Shown here piece after piece: positions 27,580-38,342 of a stretch of 64,000 nt of DNA (within the stretch, counting starts at the first letter, position 1; every line of letters starts with the position of its first letter). Origin of the DNA: Patescibacteria group bacterium (GTDB lineage Bacteria > Patescibacteriota > Patescibacteriia > UBA1558 > S5-K13); assembly GCA_028692545.1 (NCBI GenBank), contig JAQUXC010000004.1, positions 630-64,629 of the forward strand, given 5' to 3'. The notes under the pieces are model-generated. The model had not been told where the DNA came from. It did no database searches and worked only from the letters and a program-made list of their open reading frames with translations. Made by a program: the position numbers and the translations under genes.

Positions 27580-29403
27580 TTATATATTAATTTGTTCCTT
27601 ATATTTATTTTCCAAATCTGACCAATCAATAAATTTATCAAAAAATTTATTTATTTCAGATTCATTCATATGTCTTAATTTATTTGCATTTGAAATAAAT
27701 GGAAACAAATATATTTTATAATCATCAAGGTTTTTTAAATCTATTGAAATTCCAACTGATAATCCCTCTTGAGTGTCGTATGAAAAATATTGATCAAATA
27801 TAAAATTTCCAAGTGAATAAAATATTGGTTTATTTTTGTATATTTCCATGCCCTGTACTACATGTGGATGATGACCAATTATCATATCTGCACCATTGTC
27901 AATAAAAGAATGTGCAATCTGTTGTTGCAACGCACTATTTATATGAGTATATTCTGTACCCCAATGTACATTTACTATTACAATATCAGAATTACTTTTT
28001 AGATTTTTTATTTCCTCAATTGCTTTTGCACTATCAAATGTTCCATACACCATACTAAAACCAGCTGTTCCTATTTTGCAATTTCCTATATTTATAATTT
28101 TTGAACAATTTGTAGCTTCTTTGTCAGGACAACCAGAATAATTGAAATTCAACTTATCTAAATTTTTGTAAGTTTCTTCGAGTCCAATTCTACCTTGATC
28201 TGTAATGTGATTATTTGAAATATTAAAAAAATTGAAATTATAATCATGCAATTTGTTTACCAAATTTGGATCAAATGCAAAATCATATGCAACTGTAGGA
28301 CTATAATGATTTCCGTTATCAGTAACAGCGCCTTCCAAATTCAAAGATACAAAATCCAATCCTTTAAAAAATCTATTTTCTTCACCACCAGAAAAATCTT
28401 TTAATATATAATCTAAATCAGAATTTTTTATTTTTGTTTTTACATTTCTATCAAGCATCACATCTCCAAAAAACAAAAAGTTTAAAACATTGTTATTTAA
28501 TTTTTCACCACGCATAAAATAAAAAATATTATGACTTGTAGTCTCTACATATTTTTTTCCTATCAAAGTTCCTGAATCTGTAGAAAATAATAATTCTGAT
28601 TTTTGTAATTTGTTTAATTCCAAATATTTCAAAAGCAAATATGCTGATGGTGGTGAATCTATTTCCATTTGATAAATTCTATCAAAATCAAAGCTACTTA
28701 TTATAGAATTGCTTCTAGTATCGTGAAAATTGGCTGTATTTGAGCTCTGGTAATGCGAAAAGTCAATACTGGATATAAACAGCACTTCATCTATGTTTAC
28801 GCTATTTGTGATAGTTGTGGCTAGTTGCGTTAGTTCTTCTTCAGTTGTACCTAATTTTACTATTATTGGGACTATTTTTGTATTTGGAAAAGAATATTTT
28901 ATGAATGATACAAGTCCTGAAATAGAATGTTCACTATCAAATGGACTCTCACTTATTTCCAAATTCAATTTTTTTATTAGTTTTGAGTCTGGTTCTATAT
29001 TTCCATAAGGAGTAATCCACATAGCATTCGAAGCTATAATATTATTTTTTCCATTATCAAAATGATTCGGTCCAACAAGAATAATAGTTTTGTAATTTTC
29101 ATTTTTTATTCCTTCAAAAAAACTTGCAATTTTATCTTTTACTATTAAGTGATGTGGAATAATTCCACCATAAACCTTAGTTTCAGGATTTTTTGTTTGA
29201 TCTTTTGCATTGTTATAAGCTTCATCAAAAAAATCCTTATTCATAAAATACGAATAATGTTTTTCCAAATCAAAATTATCTATATTTTTAAAAGTTTTAG
29301 TCAAATCAATACTACTTACATTTTTAGATAATATAAATATTAACCCTGTTTGTACAACAAACAGGGTTAATAATATAAAAATAATTTTTTTTATTTTTGA
29401 CAT
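27580..29403 (-). CDS. MEMO1/AmmeMemoRadiSam-B-like domain fused to a CapA (PGA_cap) metallophosphatase
   Basis: GIIPHH, GPNH, EHS, SIDFSHY; then GDVMLDR, NLEG, NNH, HWGTEY, IGHHPHVVQ, YSLGNF. Confidence 0.85.
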   Translation of the reverse strand: MSKIKKIIFILLTLFVVQTGLIFILSKNVSSIDLTKTFKNIDNFDLEKHYSYFMNKDFFDEAYNNAKDQTKNPETKVYGGIIPHHLIVKDKIASFFEGIKNENYKTIILVGPNHFDNGKNNIIASNAMWITPYGNIEPDSKLIKKLNLEISESPFDSEHSISGLVSFIKYSFPNTKIVPIIVKLGTTEEELTQLATTITNSVNIDEVLFISSIDFSHYQSSNTANFHDTRSNSIISSFDFDRIYQMEIDSPPSAYLLLKYLELNKLQKSELLFSTDSGTLIGKKYVETTSHNIFYFMRGEKLNNNVLNFLFFGDVMLDRNVKTKIKNSDLDYILKDFSGGEENRFFKGLDFVSLNLEGAVTDNGNHYSPTVAYDFAFDPNLVNKLHDYNFNFFNISNNHITDQGRIGLEETYKNLDKLNFNYSGCPDKEATNCSKIINIGNCKIGTAGFSMVYGTFDSAKAIEEIKNLKSNSDIVIVNVHWGTEYTHINSALQQQIAHSFIDNGADMIIGHHPHVVQGMEIYKNKPIFYSLGNFIFDQYFSYDTQEGLSVGISIDLKNLDDYKIYLFPFISNANKLRHMNESEINKFFDKFIDWSDLENKYKEQINI

Positions 29404-29408
29404 AATTA

Positions 29409-31214
29409 TTATTTATGCAAAGCTCCGCCCCACTCTACAACAGTAAATCCTCTTCTTACAGTATTTTTTATAGTTTGAGGTGCAATATTTACATAATTAT
29501 CTAATCCTTCAAAATCCATAAACACTCTTATTATTGTATCTGGTTTTGGTTCTATACTAAGTGGAGCCAATTTATCAAACTGTTCTTGTGGAACAAATGT
29601 TATAAAATAATAATTTTTTTCTTCCATTTTTGGAAGCCAAAATTCTATAAATTCATTATATTCTTTTTCTATAAGACCAAATTGTGATAATTTATCTTTT
29701 AAGAATTGTTCTACATTTGCTTTTGCTACTACAAATCCAGTTTTTGGTCTTTCATAATTCATACCATGACCTTCCCAAAACAAATATGGATAAACCGTTT
29801 TGTCACTATAATTATACAATTCACTATCTTTTGTTGCTCTCACATACCAACCATTATTATAATCTGGTTCTGTTATAGTAAATCCTCCGGTTGGAGCTAC
29901 TTTTACTGATACATTTGTAGTTTTTGTAGGATACAAATATATAACTGGTTTTCCACATTCTACTGCTGGTAAATATTTTGCATCACGAAATTCTATGAAT
30001 TTTCCAAATGGATCTTTCCAAAATATAAGTGGTCTATTGCTCAAAAATTCTTCAAAAGATATTTTCTCATTCTGTGTCTGAGTTTGTGAATTATAGCCAG
30101 GATAATACTGGTCATACATTACTTTTAATATATCCTTAAAATTAGAATCTCTTAACCCATAAATAGAATCACCCGTTGAAGTTTTTCCTATTTCTTTAAT
30201 ATCATTATCACTTATATAATTTACATAATTATAACATCCACTTGCACCGCAACCAGTCATAGCTTTAAAAATATATTCATTTGTATTTTTTGAACTATTA
30301 GTCCATGTAATGTCCAATTTATAAGGGATAGCATGTGCTGGTTGACTGTCACCCTTTTGACCTAAAAATTTTAAGTCAAATGAATATTCTCTTACAGTTC
30401 CGTCATTAGCACGTGCTATAAAACAATTACTGGTTTTATCTTTGTAAATATAATCCTTATCATTATATTTGAAAAGTTTTTCTGGATTATCATAACTCGT
30501 CATTAATTTAAATGGTTCACTATCTGTTTTTTTCAAAACAAAACTTGAATCAGGAATATTTATAGTTTCCAAAACTCCAAAATTGGCAATACTAATATTA
30601 TTATTTACAATAAAAAATTTCTGATAAAATTCATCTAATTGATCAGAATTCTTACCAATAACTATTAAATCATCATTATCTTTTATAACTCTAAGCATTT
30701 GCACTCTTATAGGTCCCTCTGGCTGAAATGTAACAATATACAAATCATTTCCAGTATAACTACCTTCTATAATTTTACCAACCTTGAGTACACTAAAACT
30801 ACTTATAAGATTACTTATATTTTCGTCTGTATTTTTGAAAAATTCATCATCTTTTAAAAAATCCTGCATTTTTTGGTAATTAAATATATCCCATCCAGTT
30901 TTTGAGGCAGGCCATTCACTCCATTCAATTAAAATTTCTCCATCTTTCAATGCAACCTCTTCTGTTGTAGTAGTTGAGTTATCAATATTATTAAGATTTT
31001 CTTCTTGGATTATATTTTCTACTTTCTTTATACTCTCATCAATTCTCTTTTCTTTTACATTTTTGAAAATATAATAAAAAGCACCTGCATTACCAATAAA
31101 TAAAAGAGATACAACAATAATAAGTATATACTTCGTAAAATTATTATTTGGTTTCATTTCTCGATCAGGATCGAGAGATGTATTTTGTTCTAAATTATTT
31201 TCTTCTTCGTACAT
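29409..31214 (-). CDS. Membrane-anchored hypothetical protein with a C-terminal KPVIYLYP domain
   Basis: One TM near the N-terminus; ECGKPVIYLYP, YLFWEG, VVEWGG. Confidence 0.8.
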   Translation of the reverse strand: MYEEENNLEQNTSLDPDREMKPNNNFTKYILIIVVSLLFIGNAGAFYYIFKNVKEKRIDESIKKVENIIQEENLNNIDNSTTTTEEVALKDGEILIEWSEWPASKTGWDIFNYQKMQDFLKDDEFFKNTDENISNLISSFSVLKVGKIIEGSYTGNDLYIVTFQPEGPIRVQMLRVIKDNDDLIVIGKNSDQLDEFYQKFFIVNNNISIANFGVLETINIPDSSFVLKKTDSEPFKLMTSYDNPEKLFKYNDKDYIYKDKTSNCFIARANDGTVREYSFDLKFLGQKGDSQPAHAIPYKLDITWTNSSKNTNEYIFKAMTGCGASGCYNYVNYISDNDIKEIGKTSTGDSIYGLRDSNFKDILKVMYDQYYPGYNSQTQTQNEKISFEEFLSNRPLIFWKDPFGKFIEFRDAKYLPAVECGKPVIYLYPTKTTNVSVKVAPTGGFTITEPDYNNGWYVRATKDSELYNYSDKTVYPYLFWEGHGMNYERPKTGFVVAKANVEQFLKDKLSQFGLIEKEYNEFIEFWLPKMEEKNYYFITFVPQEQFDKLAPLSIEPKPDTIIRVFMDFEGLDNYVNIAPQTIKNTVRRGFTVVEWGGALHK

Positions 31215-31346
31215 ATTTTTCTTGTTCAGTCTTTATGACTGGATTATTTAATTAAAATTAGTATGTGAATTGAACAGTAGAAAGTATTTTATCAATTATT
31301 AATTTTGATGATTCATCAAAGGTACTCATTAAAATTATTACATATT

Positions 31347-32711
31347 TTATTTAATCCTAATCGTAGGTTGAACAAACTCTTGAATTAAATCACAACCATG
31401 TGGACGTCCAGAACCATCATCGAATCCACTACCACAACTGGACATAAATAAAAGATATTTTCCTGAAAATAATAATGGATATTTTTCTTCACCCGCCGAG
31501 CAAACACCAAAATCTTTTTGAAAATCATCCATATTTTCATAATCAAATTTGTTTTGTATTACTCTAACAACCCAAACACCAGGTTCTTGAGTTATACCAT
31601 TATATTCAAATATGTACTCTATGCCTAAATCTTCATTAGAATATCTAGATAAAACATTTTGAAAATATTCCTTAGTTTTATCTGTATCACACCTATTGGA
31701 ATATAATTCATCGGCAGTAAATTTTTCCAAGACTTTAAATTCTTGTTTGGAAACTTTATCAAAAAGCTCATTATTATTTGTATATGTAAATGGTTCCAAT
31801 TTTATATAAAAAGTTTCAATAATATCATCTATCATTTTTTTGAATTCTTGATCAGTTTTTGTATTTCCTGATGCATTTGCCCTGACCTCATAATAACCAT
31901 CTTCAACCTGATATCTTGCAATTATACGCATTGTATGTTTTTGATTTTTCATAGAAATCCATCCAGAAAAACTACCATTTTCATATAACTGAGCATTAGA
32001 TTCATTTTTTATTTCATTAAAAATCATTTCCGAATATTTTCCTTGTACTTCACTATAACTATAGGTATTAGCTAAATTTTGTGGCACAAATCCAAAATTA
32101 ATATTAATTCCATCATCTAACGCATATTGTCTAGAATATACCTTGCCACACTGACCTACAAGAACGTTTCCTCCATAATCTTTATTTTCAGATAAGGTCC
32201 ATCCACCTGGACAAACAAATGAAAATTTATCTGAATTTTTATATATATTTTCCCCCATTTCAATCTTATTAAGATTTTCATTTGTTACTCCTAAAGATAA
32301 TTTTCTAAATAAATCCATCAAATTTACCCAAGTTACCTCATGTCTTTTATAATCAGAAGGAGATACATACCAAATTCTTCCCTTGTCTTGTACTTGAAGT
32401 AAAAATTTTCCACTTAATCTTTTTGCTAAATTATGAATAGGTGTTTTTGAATTTGGTAATGGCATACTTTCTAAATCAGCATTATTAATTCCTAGCGAAA
32501 ATCTTTGAAATAATGATAATGCATTTTCAAAAGTTACTTCATATCTTTTTCCATCTGTTTGATTTACGTACCAAATTCTTCCCTTGTCTTCAACAGCTAA
32601 AAGTAATTTCCCTTTTAGTTTGTTTGTTAATGCTTGATCATAATTTGTCGCAGAAACAAAAGTTATACCGAGTAAAATTACTACCAAACTTACAAAAAAT
32701 ATTTTTTTCAT
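31347..32711 (-). CDS. Secreted hypothetical protein with a duplicated N-terminal module
   Basis: Signal peptide; LKGKLLLAVEDKGRIWYV and LSGKFLLQVQDKGRIWYV. Confidence 0.75.
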   Translation of the reverse strand: MKKIFFVSLVVILLGITFVSATNYDQALTNKLKGKLLLAVEDKGRIWYVNQTDGKRYEVTFENALSLFQRFSLGINNADLESMPLPNSKTPIHNLAKRLSGKFLLQVQDKGRIWYVSPSDYKRHEVTWVNLMDLFRKLSLGVTNENLNKIEMGENIYKNSDKFSFVCPGGWTLSENKDYGGNVLVGQCGKVYSRQYALDDGININFGFVPQNLANTYSYSEVQGKYSEMIFNEIKNESNAQLYENGSFSGWISMKNQKHTMRIIARYQVEDGYYEVRANASGNTKTDQEFKKMIDDIIETFYIKLEPFTYTNNNELFDKVSKQEFKVLEKFTADELYSNRCDTDKTKEYFQNVLSRYSNEDLGIEYIFEYNGITQEPGVWVVRVIQNKFDYENMDDFQKDFGVCSAGEEKYPLLFSGKYLLFMSSCGSGFDDGSGRPHGCDLIQEFVQPTIRIK

Positions 32712-32765
32712 AACATTATACTTATCCCAAAAGATAAGATTAATTATTTGTTAATTACTTATTTA

Positions 32766-34367
32766 TTATACAAGCTCCCCTCCAAAATTATCAAGTAAAT
32801 TATTTAAATTATTATTATCTTCCATGCTTGTATCTGTATAAATATCTTTTATTATTTTTTTGCGATTTTCTTCATAATCCTTATCTATATCTCCATCTAT
32901 AAAAACTTTTGTACCAACTATACCAGAAAGTGTATCCTCTATCACTTGTTTGAAGCTCATTATTCTATCCAAATGAAATTTGAACTGAAATCCTATAGTT
33001 AATTTATTATTTTCCAAACATATAGGATGTCCTGACTTTACAAAAGCTGATAGAGAATGATTACAATCTTTTAAATTTATAAGTAATTGTGGCCAAGCTT
33101 TTGTTATATCTTCTATATTTATATTTTTATTGTTTTTTGTTTCTTTGAAGACAATATCATTTTCATCATTTGATTCCTTTATACTTGATTCTATAAAAGA
33201 TTGTTTTTTTGTGATAGGTTTTATAACTTCTTCTTTTTTAAAACTTATAACTTTTGATTCATAATCTGCATTATCAAAAAATTTATTTTTTATAGATACT
33301 ATTGCCATTTCAAGTGGGAGTTGTTTAAATCTGTCATTATTTAATTCATTAAAAACAGAAAAAAATTCTTTTAATATTCCATACCAAATTTTGAGATCTA
33401 ATTTTTGAGATTGTTCTATAATTTTTTCTTCTATATTTTTATCTACATCCCACAAATATTTTTCTGATACTCCAGACATTTTTACAAGTATTACTTTTCT
33501 AATATAATTTATAAGTTCTTCTGTAAAATAATTCAAATTTACTCCATCTGAGACAAGTGAATCTAAAACCTTTATTGCAAAATCGAATTTTTGAGAAATT
33601 ATATCATCGACAAGATGGGTAATAGATTCAAAATCTGATTTTGGCAATATCAAACTAGCAGTGTCAGAATTTACTTCATTGTTTTCTGAAAGAGATAAAA
33701 TTTGCCCAAGTATTGAAAGTGCATCTCTTGCATAACCACCACTTCTCCTTGCTATTTTTTCTATTATATCATTATCTACTTTTATATTTTCTTTTACACA
33801 AACATCTTTTAAGTGAGTTTTTAATTTTTCAATAGGTATTACTTTGAAATCAAATTTTTGACATCTTGATATTATAGTTAGTGGTAGTTTATGAAATTCT
33901 GTTGTAGCTAGAATAAAAATAACATGTTTTGGAGGTTCTTCTAATGTTTTTAGTAGTGCATTAAAAGCTTCTACTGTAAGCATATGTACCTCATCTATTA
34001 TAAATATTTTATATTTATTTTTTGAGGGAGAATATCTCACCATTTCACGAAGCTCTCTTATTTCATTTATACCTCTATTTGAAGCAGCATCTATTTCTAT
34101 CAAATCCAAATTATTACCATTTATGACTGATATACAATTTTCACATTCATTACATGGTTCAAAATCTTTTCTATTTGTGCAATTTACAGATTTGGCTAAA
34201 ATTCTTGCTATTGTTGTTTTTCCTATTCCTCTTGGTCCAGAGAATAAATAAGCATGAGATATTTTGTCATTTAGAATTTCATTTTCTAAAGTTATTTTTA
34301 TATGTTCCTGACCTATTACCTCAGAGAATGTATTTGGTCTATATTTTCTATATAAAGTTTTTGACAT
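32766..34367 (-). CDS. dnaX: DNA polymerase III gamma/tau
   Basis: LYRKYRP, GPRGIGKTT, EIDAASN, IIDEVHML, NALLKTLEEPP, SRC. Confidence 0.96.
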   Translation of the reverse strand: MSKTLYRKYRPNTFSEVIGQEHIKITLENEILNDKISHAYLFSGPRGIGKTTIARILAKSVNCTNRKDFEPCNECENCISVINGNNLDLIEIDAASNRGINEIRELREMVRYSPSKNKYKIFIIDEVHMLTVEAFNALLKTLEEPPKHVIFILATTEFHKLPLTIISRCQKFDFKVIPIEKLKTHLKDVCVKENIKVDNDIIEKIARRSGGYARDALSILGQILSLSENNEVNSDTASLILPKSDFESITHLVDDIISQKFDFAIKVLDSLVSDGVNLNYFTEELINYIRKVILVKMSGVSEKYLWDVDKNIEEKIIEQSQKLDLKIWYGILKEFFSVFNELNNDRFKQLPLEMAIVSIKNKFFDNADYESKVISFKKEEVIKPITKKQSFIESSIKESNDENDIVFKETKNNKNINIEDITKAWPQLLINLKDCNHSLSAFVKSGHPICLENNKLTIGFQFKFHLDRIMSFKQVIEDTLSGIVGTKVFIDGDIDKDYEENRKKIIKDIYTDTSMEDNNNLNNLLDNFGGELV

Positions 34368-34431
34368 TTATTTGAAATTTAATTAAAAACCACCAGCAAA
34401 GCTGATGGATGATGATAATTTTTATTTGATA

Positions 34432-35094
34432 TTATATTAAATCTACATTATCAAATATTTTATCTTCTGAATCATCTTCTACTTCATCAACTTTTTCAAA
34501 ATCCGAATTATCAATTGAATAATTTATAGAATTAATTTGATTTTGATTATTTGCATTTATAATATTTTCAACAGCAGCCCATATTGATTCTCCGTCTTTT
34601 GGAACAAGTATTATAACATCATCACCATTATTACCATGAAAATAAGTGACACTTGCCTTTATAACGTTATATTCTCTATCACTTCCTGTTATTACTTTAT
34701 AATCACCAGTTATTAAATCTTGAACCAATCTACCTTTTACTCTTTTTCTATCTATTGGACCTATTTGTTTATAAACAAAACTTCCATCTTCTTTTATTAC
34801 TAATTTTAATATATCTCCTTCTACCAATTTTGATTTTGAACAATAGTTTGCTGGAATGGAATATTTTTTACCATCTGGTCCAATCATTTGCTGTCCATCA
34901 AAAACACCTTCTATAACCTTACTCGTACCTTCCATTGTTTCAGATCCAAAAGTTTTTGCTTTTTCACTAAAATTATTGAAATCAACATCATCATTTATAT
35001 CCACTCCTATTTCATTAAAAAGTGATTTTGCTTTATTAATTTCTAACTCTATTTTAGCTATTATATTTCTCAATTCTTCAAATTTGTTAAACAT
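34432..35094 (-). CDS. Conserved-looking hypothetical protein
   Basis: IEGVFDGQ...YSIPANYCSKSKLVEGD; co-oriented with dnaX. Confidence 0.7.
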   Translation of the reverse strand: MFNKFEELRNIIAKIELEINKAKSLFNEIGVDINDDVDFNNFSEKAKTFGSETMEGTSKVIEGVFDGQQMIGPDGKKYSIPANYCSKSKLVEGDILKLVIKEDGSFVYKQIGPIDRKRVKGRLVQDLITGDYKVITGSDREYNVIKASVTYFHGNNGDDVIILVPKDGESIWAAVENIINANNQNQINSINYSIDNSDFEKVDEVEDDSEDKIFDNVDLI

Positions 35095-35178
35095 TTTTAT
35101 TTTTATTTAATGATTTTTATTTTATTTTATTTTAATAGAATAATTATACAATAGTTTATTAAAAAAAGAAATGAATAT

Positions 35179-37698
35179 TTAAGCAACATCCATGTCACTT
35201 GAAATAGATCCACCTATTGTCATTATTCTATTTTTAATTTCATTTTCTATAATTACTCTATCTCTTCCATATTTTAATCTTGATAATTCTTTTATTTCTT
35301 TAACAAATTGTTCTTTTGGTTCATCTCTTTTTATAGTCATCATAGAAAATGCAGGTGGATTATAATTATCTATCAAAAGCTTTATATATGCATTATAAGC
35401 TGGAACATTTACAAGGTCATATTCACTAAAAATAGGAGCAAATTGTTTTGCCACAATTTCTGCATCTTTCACACCTATTCTAAAACTCACAAATGTTCCT
35501 ACGTTTCCAAAAACAGCATCTTTTATTCTCTCATCGCCCTTTTCTATAAGTTGCGTTATGTACTGATGAGCTATAACAAGATTTAATTTATATTTCCTAG
35601 CTTCAGACAATATTACAGCAATACTATCTGTAATAAAATTCTGGAACTCATCTATATATAAATAAAAATTATGACGATTTTCTTCAGAAGTATCAACTCT
35701 CGAAAGTGCTGACATTAAAATTTTTCCAACAAAAACCATACCTATCAAACTACTATTAAGTTCGCCAATTTTACCTTTTGAAAGATTTATTAGTAAAATC
35801 TTTTTTTCATCTATTATTTTTCTAAAATTAAATGAACTTTTTTGTTGAGAAATAATAGGACGCATAACATCGTTTGTAATAAATGGTGTAAGTTTACTAG
35901 TAATATATGGTACCATATTTGCAAGTGCTGCTTCTCCGCCTGCTTTTTGTGCTTGTTTTTCCCAAAAATCTCTTACTAAATAATCTTTACATTTTGATAA
36001 TTTGTATTTTCTAAAATCCTCATCAGCAAGTACTCTAGGAATTTCCAAAAGTGTAGAACCTGATTCAGGATCCTCCATTACAAGAAGCATTGCATTTCTC
36101 ATATATTGTTCAAACATTGGTCCACCAGTAGCCTTTAGATCATATAATTTATCAAAAATCTTTATCATTTCATTTATAACAAAAGTTTTCTGATCTTGCG
36201 TGTCAAATTCAAGCATGTTTACCCCAAGTGGTCTCTCTGTGTCAGATGGATCAAAAAGAATTACATCTTCTATTCTTTCTTTTGGTATATATTTCAAAAT
36301 TTCTTCTATCAAATCTCCGTGAGGATCTATAACACAAATACCCTCACCATTTTTTATATCTTGAATAGCCATATTAACTTGATAATAAGATTTTCCCGTA
36401 CCAGACTTTCCAATTATATACATATGCCTACTTCTATCATCTTCTTTTATTTTTATAATAGTTTCTTTATCTCTATATATATTTCTTCCAAGTGAAATAC
36501 CTACGCTTGGAATATTATTAGGAGCTCCTGATTTTTTTGCTTCAAGCCAAGATATGTTTGGAGTAGATGTTGATGACAAAGGAAGGTGATATATACTAGC
36601 TAATTCTTCTGTATTTAATATGATTCTCTGTGAATCATTAAATTTTCTGTATATAAAATCAGATATTAATGTATTTTGATTTACTTTTGATGCAAAAAAA
36701 GAATTTCCATATTCATACATATTGTATTGACTGAAAGAATTTGAAATATTATCTAAATATATTTTTGCCGTACCTTCAGTTTTTGCACTTACTATTATTC
36801 TAATATTTAAATCCAATCCAGCTTTTGAATTTTTTTCCTCAATACCTTTCAATGTTTCTTGTTCCATTTGAGATAATTTTGGTGTCTGATTTGGATCTTT
36901 CATCGCATTTTTTGATGATTCCGACTTGAATACATCAAGCAACAAATTTATAAATTGAAAAAATAAATTCATAGTAATTCCTCTTCCAAGTAATCTTCTT
37001 GCGGAAAGCAAATCTCCTGTCTTTGAAACTTTTCTAGTAAATCTACTACTTTTTTTGTGCCATCTTTTATATGAACTTCTTGCTATAATTTGAATAGCTG
37101 CTGAATCACCTATTTCTAATTTTGTAAGAGAGTTTGTTATAGAGTCAAATGGATCGAGCTCTATTTTTTTATAAGTCTTTATAGGAAATATGTAATGATT
37201 CTTTAGTCTTATAGAAGAACCAAGTACAACTCCATCTGGATTAAAAATATTATAATCTTCGACTGGTTCTATCTCTACATCAGGATAAACAGACTGTATT
37301 CTTTCTTTAAAAAAATTTATAGAATTCTCTGGTAATCCAATATAAAAATATATAAGTCCATCTAGAAGCACAACCTCCAATGAAAAATGATCAGTTCTTT
37401 TACCAATAATGGAATTTATACCTCTCTGAGCCTTCATTCCACCTAGGGTACTATACAAATTTTCTATTACCGAAATTCTTTCTTGTGTTTTTTGTTGAAA
37501 ATTTTGTATATTTTCTTTTTTTCCATCATCTGAACAAAACTTAGGAACTCTTAATTTCAATAATTTTAATTTAAATGCATTATCTATTTGAGATTTATTT
37601 ATTTTTTTTATAATAAAAAATATTATAGTAAAAAATAATACCAAAAAGATTAAAAAAATATATATAGAAATTGTGATATCACCTATTTGTAAATACAT
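35179..37698 (-). CDS. VirB4/TraD(VirD4)/HerA-like ATPase with N-terminal TM
   Basis: RHMYIIGKSGTGKS, IDPHGD, LYIDEFQNF, SEARKY, AHQY. Confidence 0.88.
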   Translation of the reverse strand: MYLQIGDITISIYIFLIFLVLFFTIIFFIIKKINKSQIDNAFKLKLLKLRVPKFCSDDGKKENIQNFQQKTQERISVIENLYSTLGGMKAQRGINSIIGKRTDHFSLEVVLLDGLIYFYIGLPENSINFFKERIQSVYPDVEIEPVEDYNIFNPDGVVLGSSIRLKNHYIFPIKTYKKIELDPFDSITNSLTKLEIGDSAAIQIIARSSYKRWHKKSSRFTRKVSKTGDLLSARRLLGRGITMNLFFQFINLLLDVFKSESSKNAMKDPNQTPKLSQMEQETLKGIEEKNSKAGLDLNIRIIVSAKTEGTAKIYLDNISNSFSQYNMYEYGNSFFASKVNQNTLISDFIYRKFNDSQRIILNTEELASIYHLPLSSTSTPNISWLEAKKSGAPNNIPSVGISLGRNIYRDKETIIKIKEDDRSRHMYIIGKSGTGKSYYQVNMAIQDIKNGEGICVIDPHGDLIEEILKYIPKERIEDVILFDPSDTERPLGVNMLEFDTQDQKTFVINEMIKIFDKLYDLKATGGPMFEQYMRNAMLLVMEDPESGSTLLEIPRVLADEDFRKYKLSKCKDYLVRDFWEKQAQKAGGEAALANMVPYITSKLTPFITNDVMRPIISQQKSSFNFRKIIDEKKILLINLSKGKIGELNSSLIGMVFVGKILMSALSRVDTSEENRHNFYLYIDEFQNFITDSIAVILSEARKYKLNLVIAHQYITQLIEKGDERIKDAVFGNVGTFVSFRIGVKDAEIVAKQFAPIFSEYDLVNVPAYNAYIKLLIDNYNPPAFSMMTIKRDEPKEQFVKEIKELSRLKYGRDRVIIENEIKNRIMTIGGSISSDMDVA

Positions 37699-38211
37699 TT
37701 ATTTTTTGTTTTCCTTGCATACTGGCAAGTTGTTTAATTCTAATATTTTATCTGTTTTTATTTTTGCAGTCTGTTTCACAAAAAATTTATTTACTTTTGG
37801 AACAACATTTAGCCAATCAATAATTAATCCTATAATTTTTTTTACTTTTACCTTAACATCTTTCAAAAGTATAGATATTTTATTAGCAGTTTCTTCTCCC
37901 TTTTCTTTGAATTCCAATTTTTTATCTTCTGGCATATTCATATAAAACTCAGACAAACCTTCTTCTAATATATTTTCTATTTTCTTTGATAGAACCTCAT
38001 CATAAACTTTTATATCTTGTACTAGAACGGTTGTAGATAAATCATCTGATACATTCTTGCTAACATTTGGTTTTTCTTTATTTTCTTCTCTTGTTTTTTC
38101 TTGTTCTTTTTCGATTATATTGTCTATATTAGAATCATGTTCCAATATTTTTCCAAGATCTATATTTATTTTTTCTTGAGAACCAATCTCTATTTTTTCT
38201 TTTTCTACCAT
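37699..38211 (-). CDS. Hypothetical protein adjacent to the ATPase gene
   Basis: Stop abuts the ATPase ATG; FKEKGEETA, NKFF...KIKTDKI. Confidence 0.75.
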   Translation of the reverse strand: MVEKEKIEIGSQEKINIDLGKILEHDSNIDNIIEKEQEKTREENKEKPNVSKNVSDDLSTTVLVQDIKVYDEVLSKKIENILEEGLSEFYMNMPEDKKLEFKEKGEETANKISILLKDVKVKVKKIIGLIIDWLNVVPKVNKFFVKQTAKIKTDKILELNNLPVCKENKK

Positions 38212-38342
38212 ACTAATAAATTAATAAATAATTAAATATATTATAACACATTTTACAATCATTAACATACAATGATATAATATATCCAATAATAAATAAT
38301 ATTTTGCTAGAAGCTGAAAACTAATGGCTAAAAACTAATAAT

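Noticed and set aside
35179-37698. Conjugative element or ICE
   Set aside because: No relaxase, integrase or other T4SS genes; embedded among housekeeping genes
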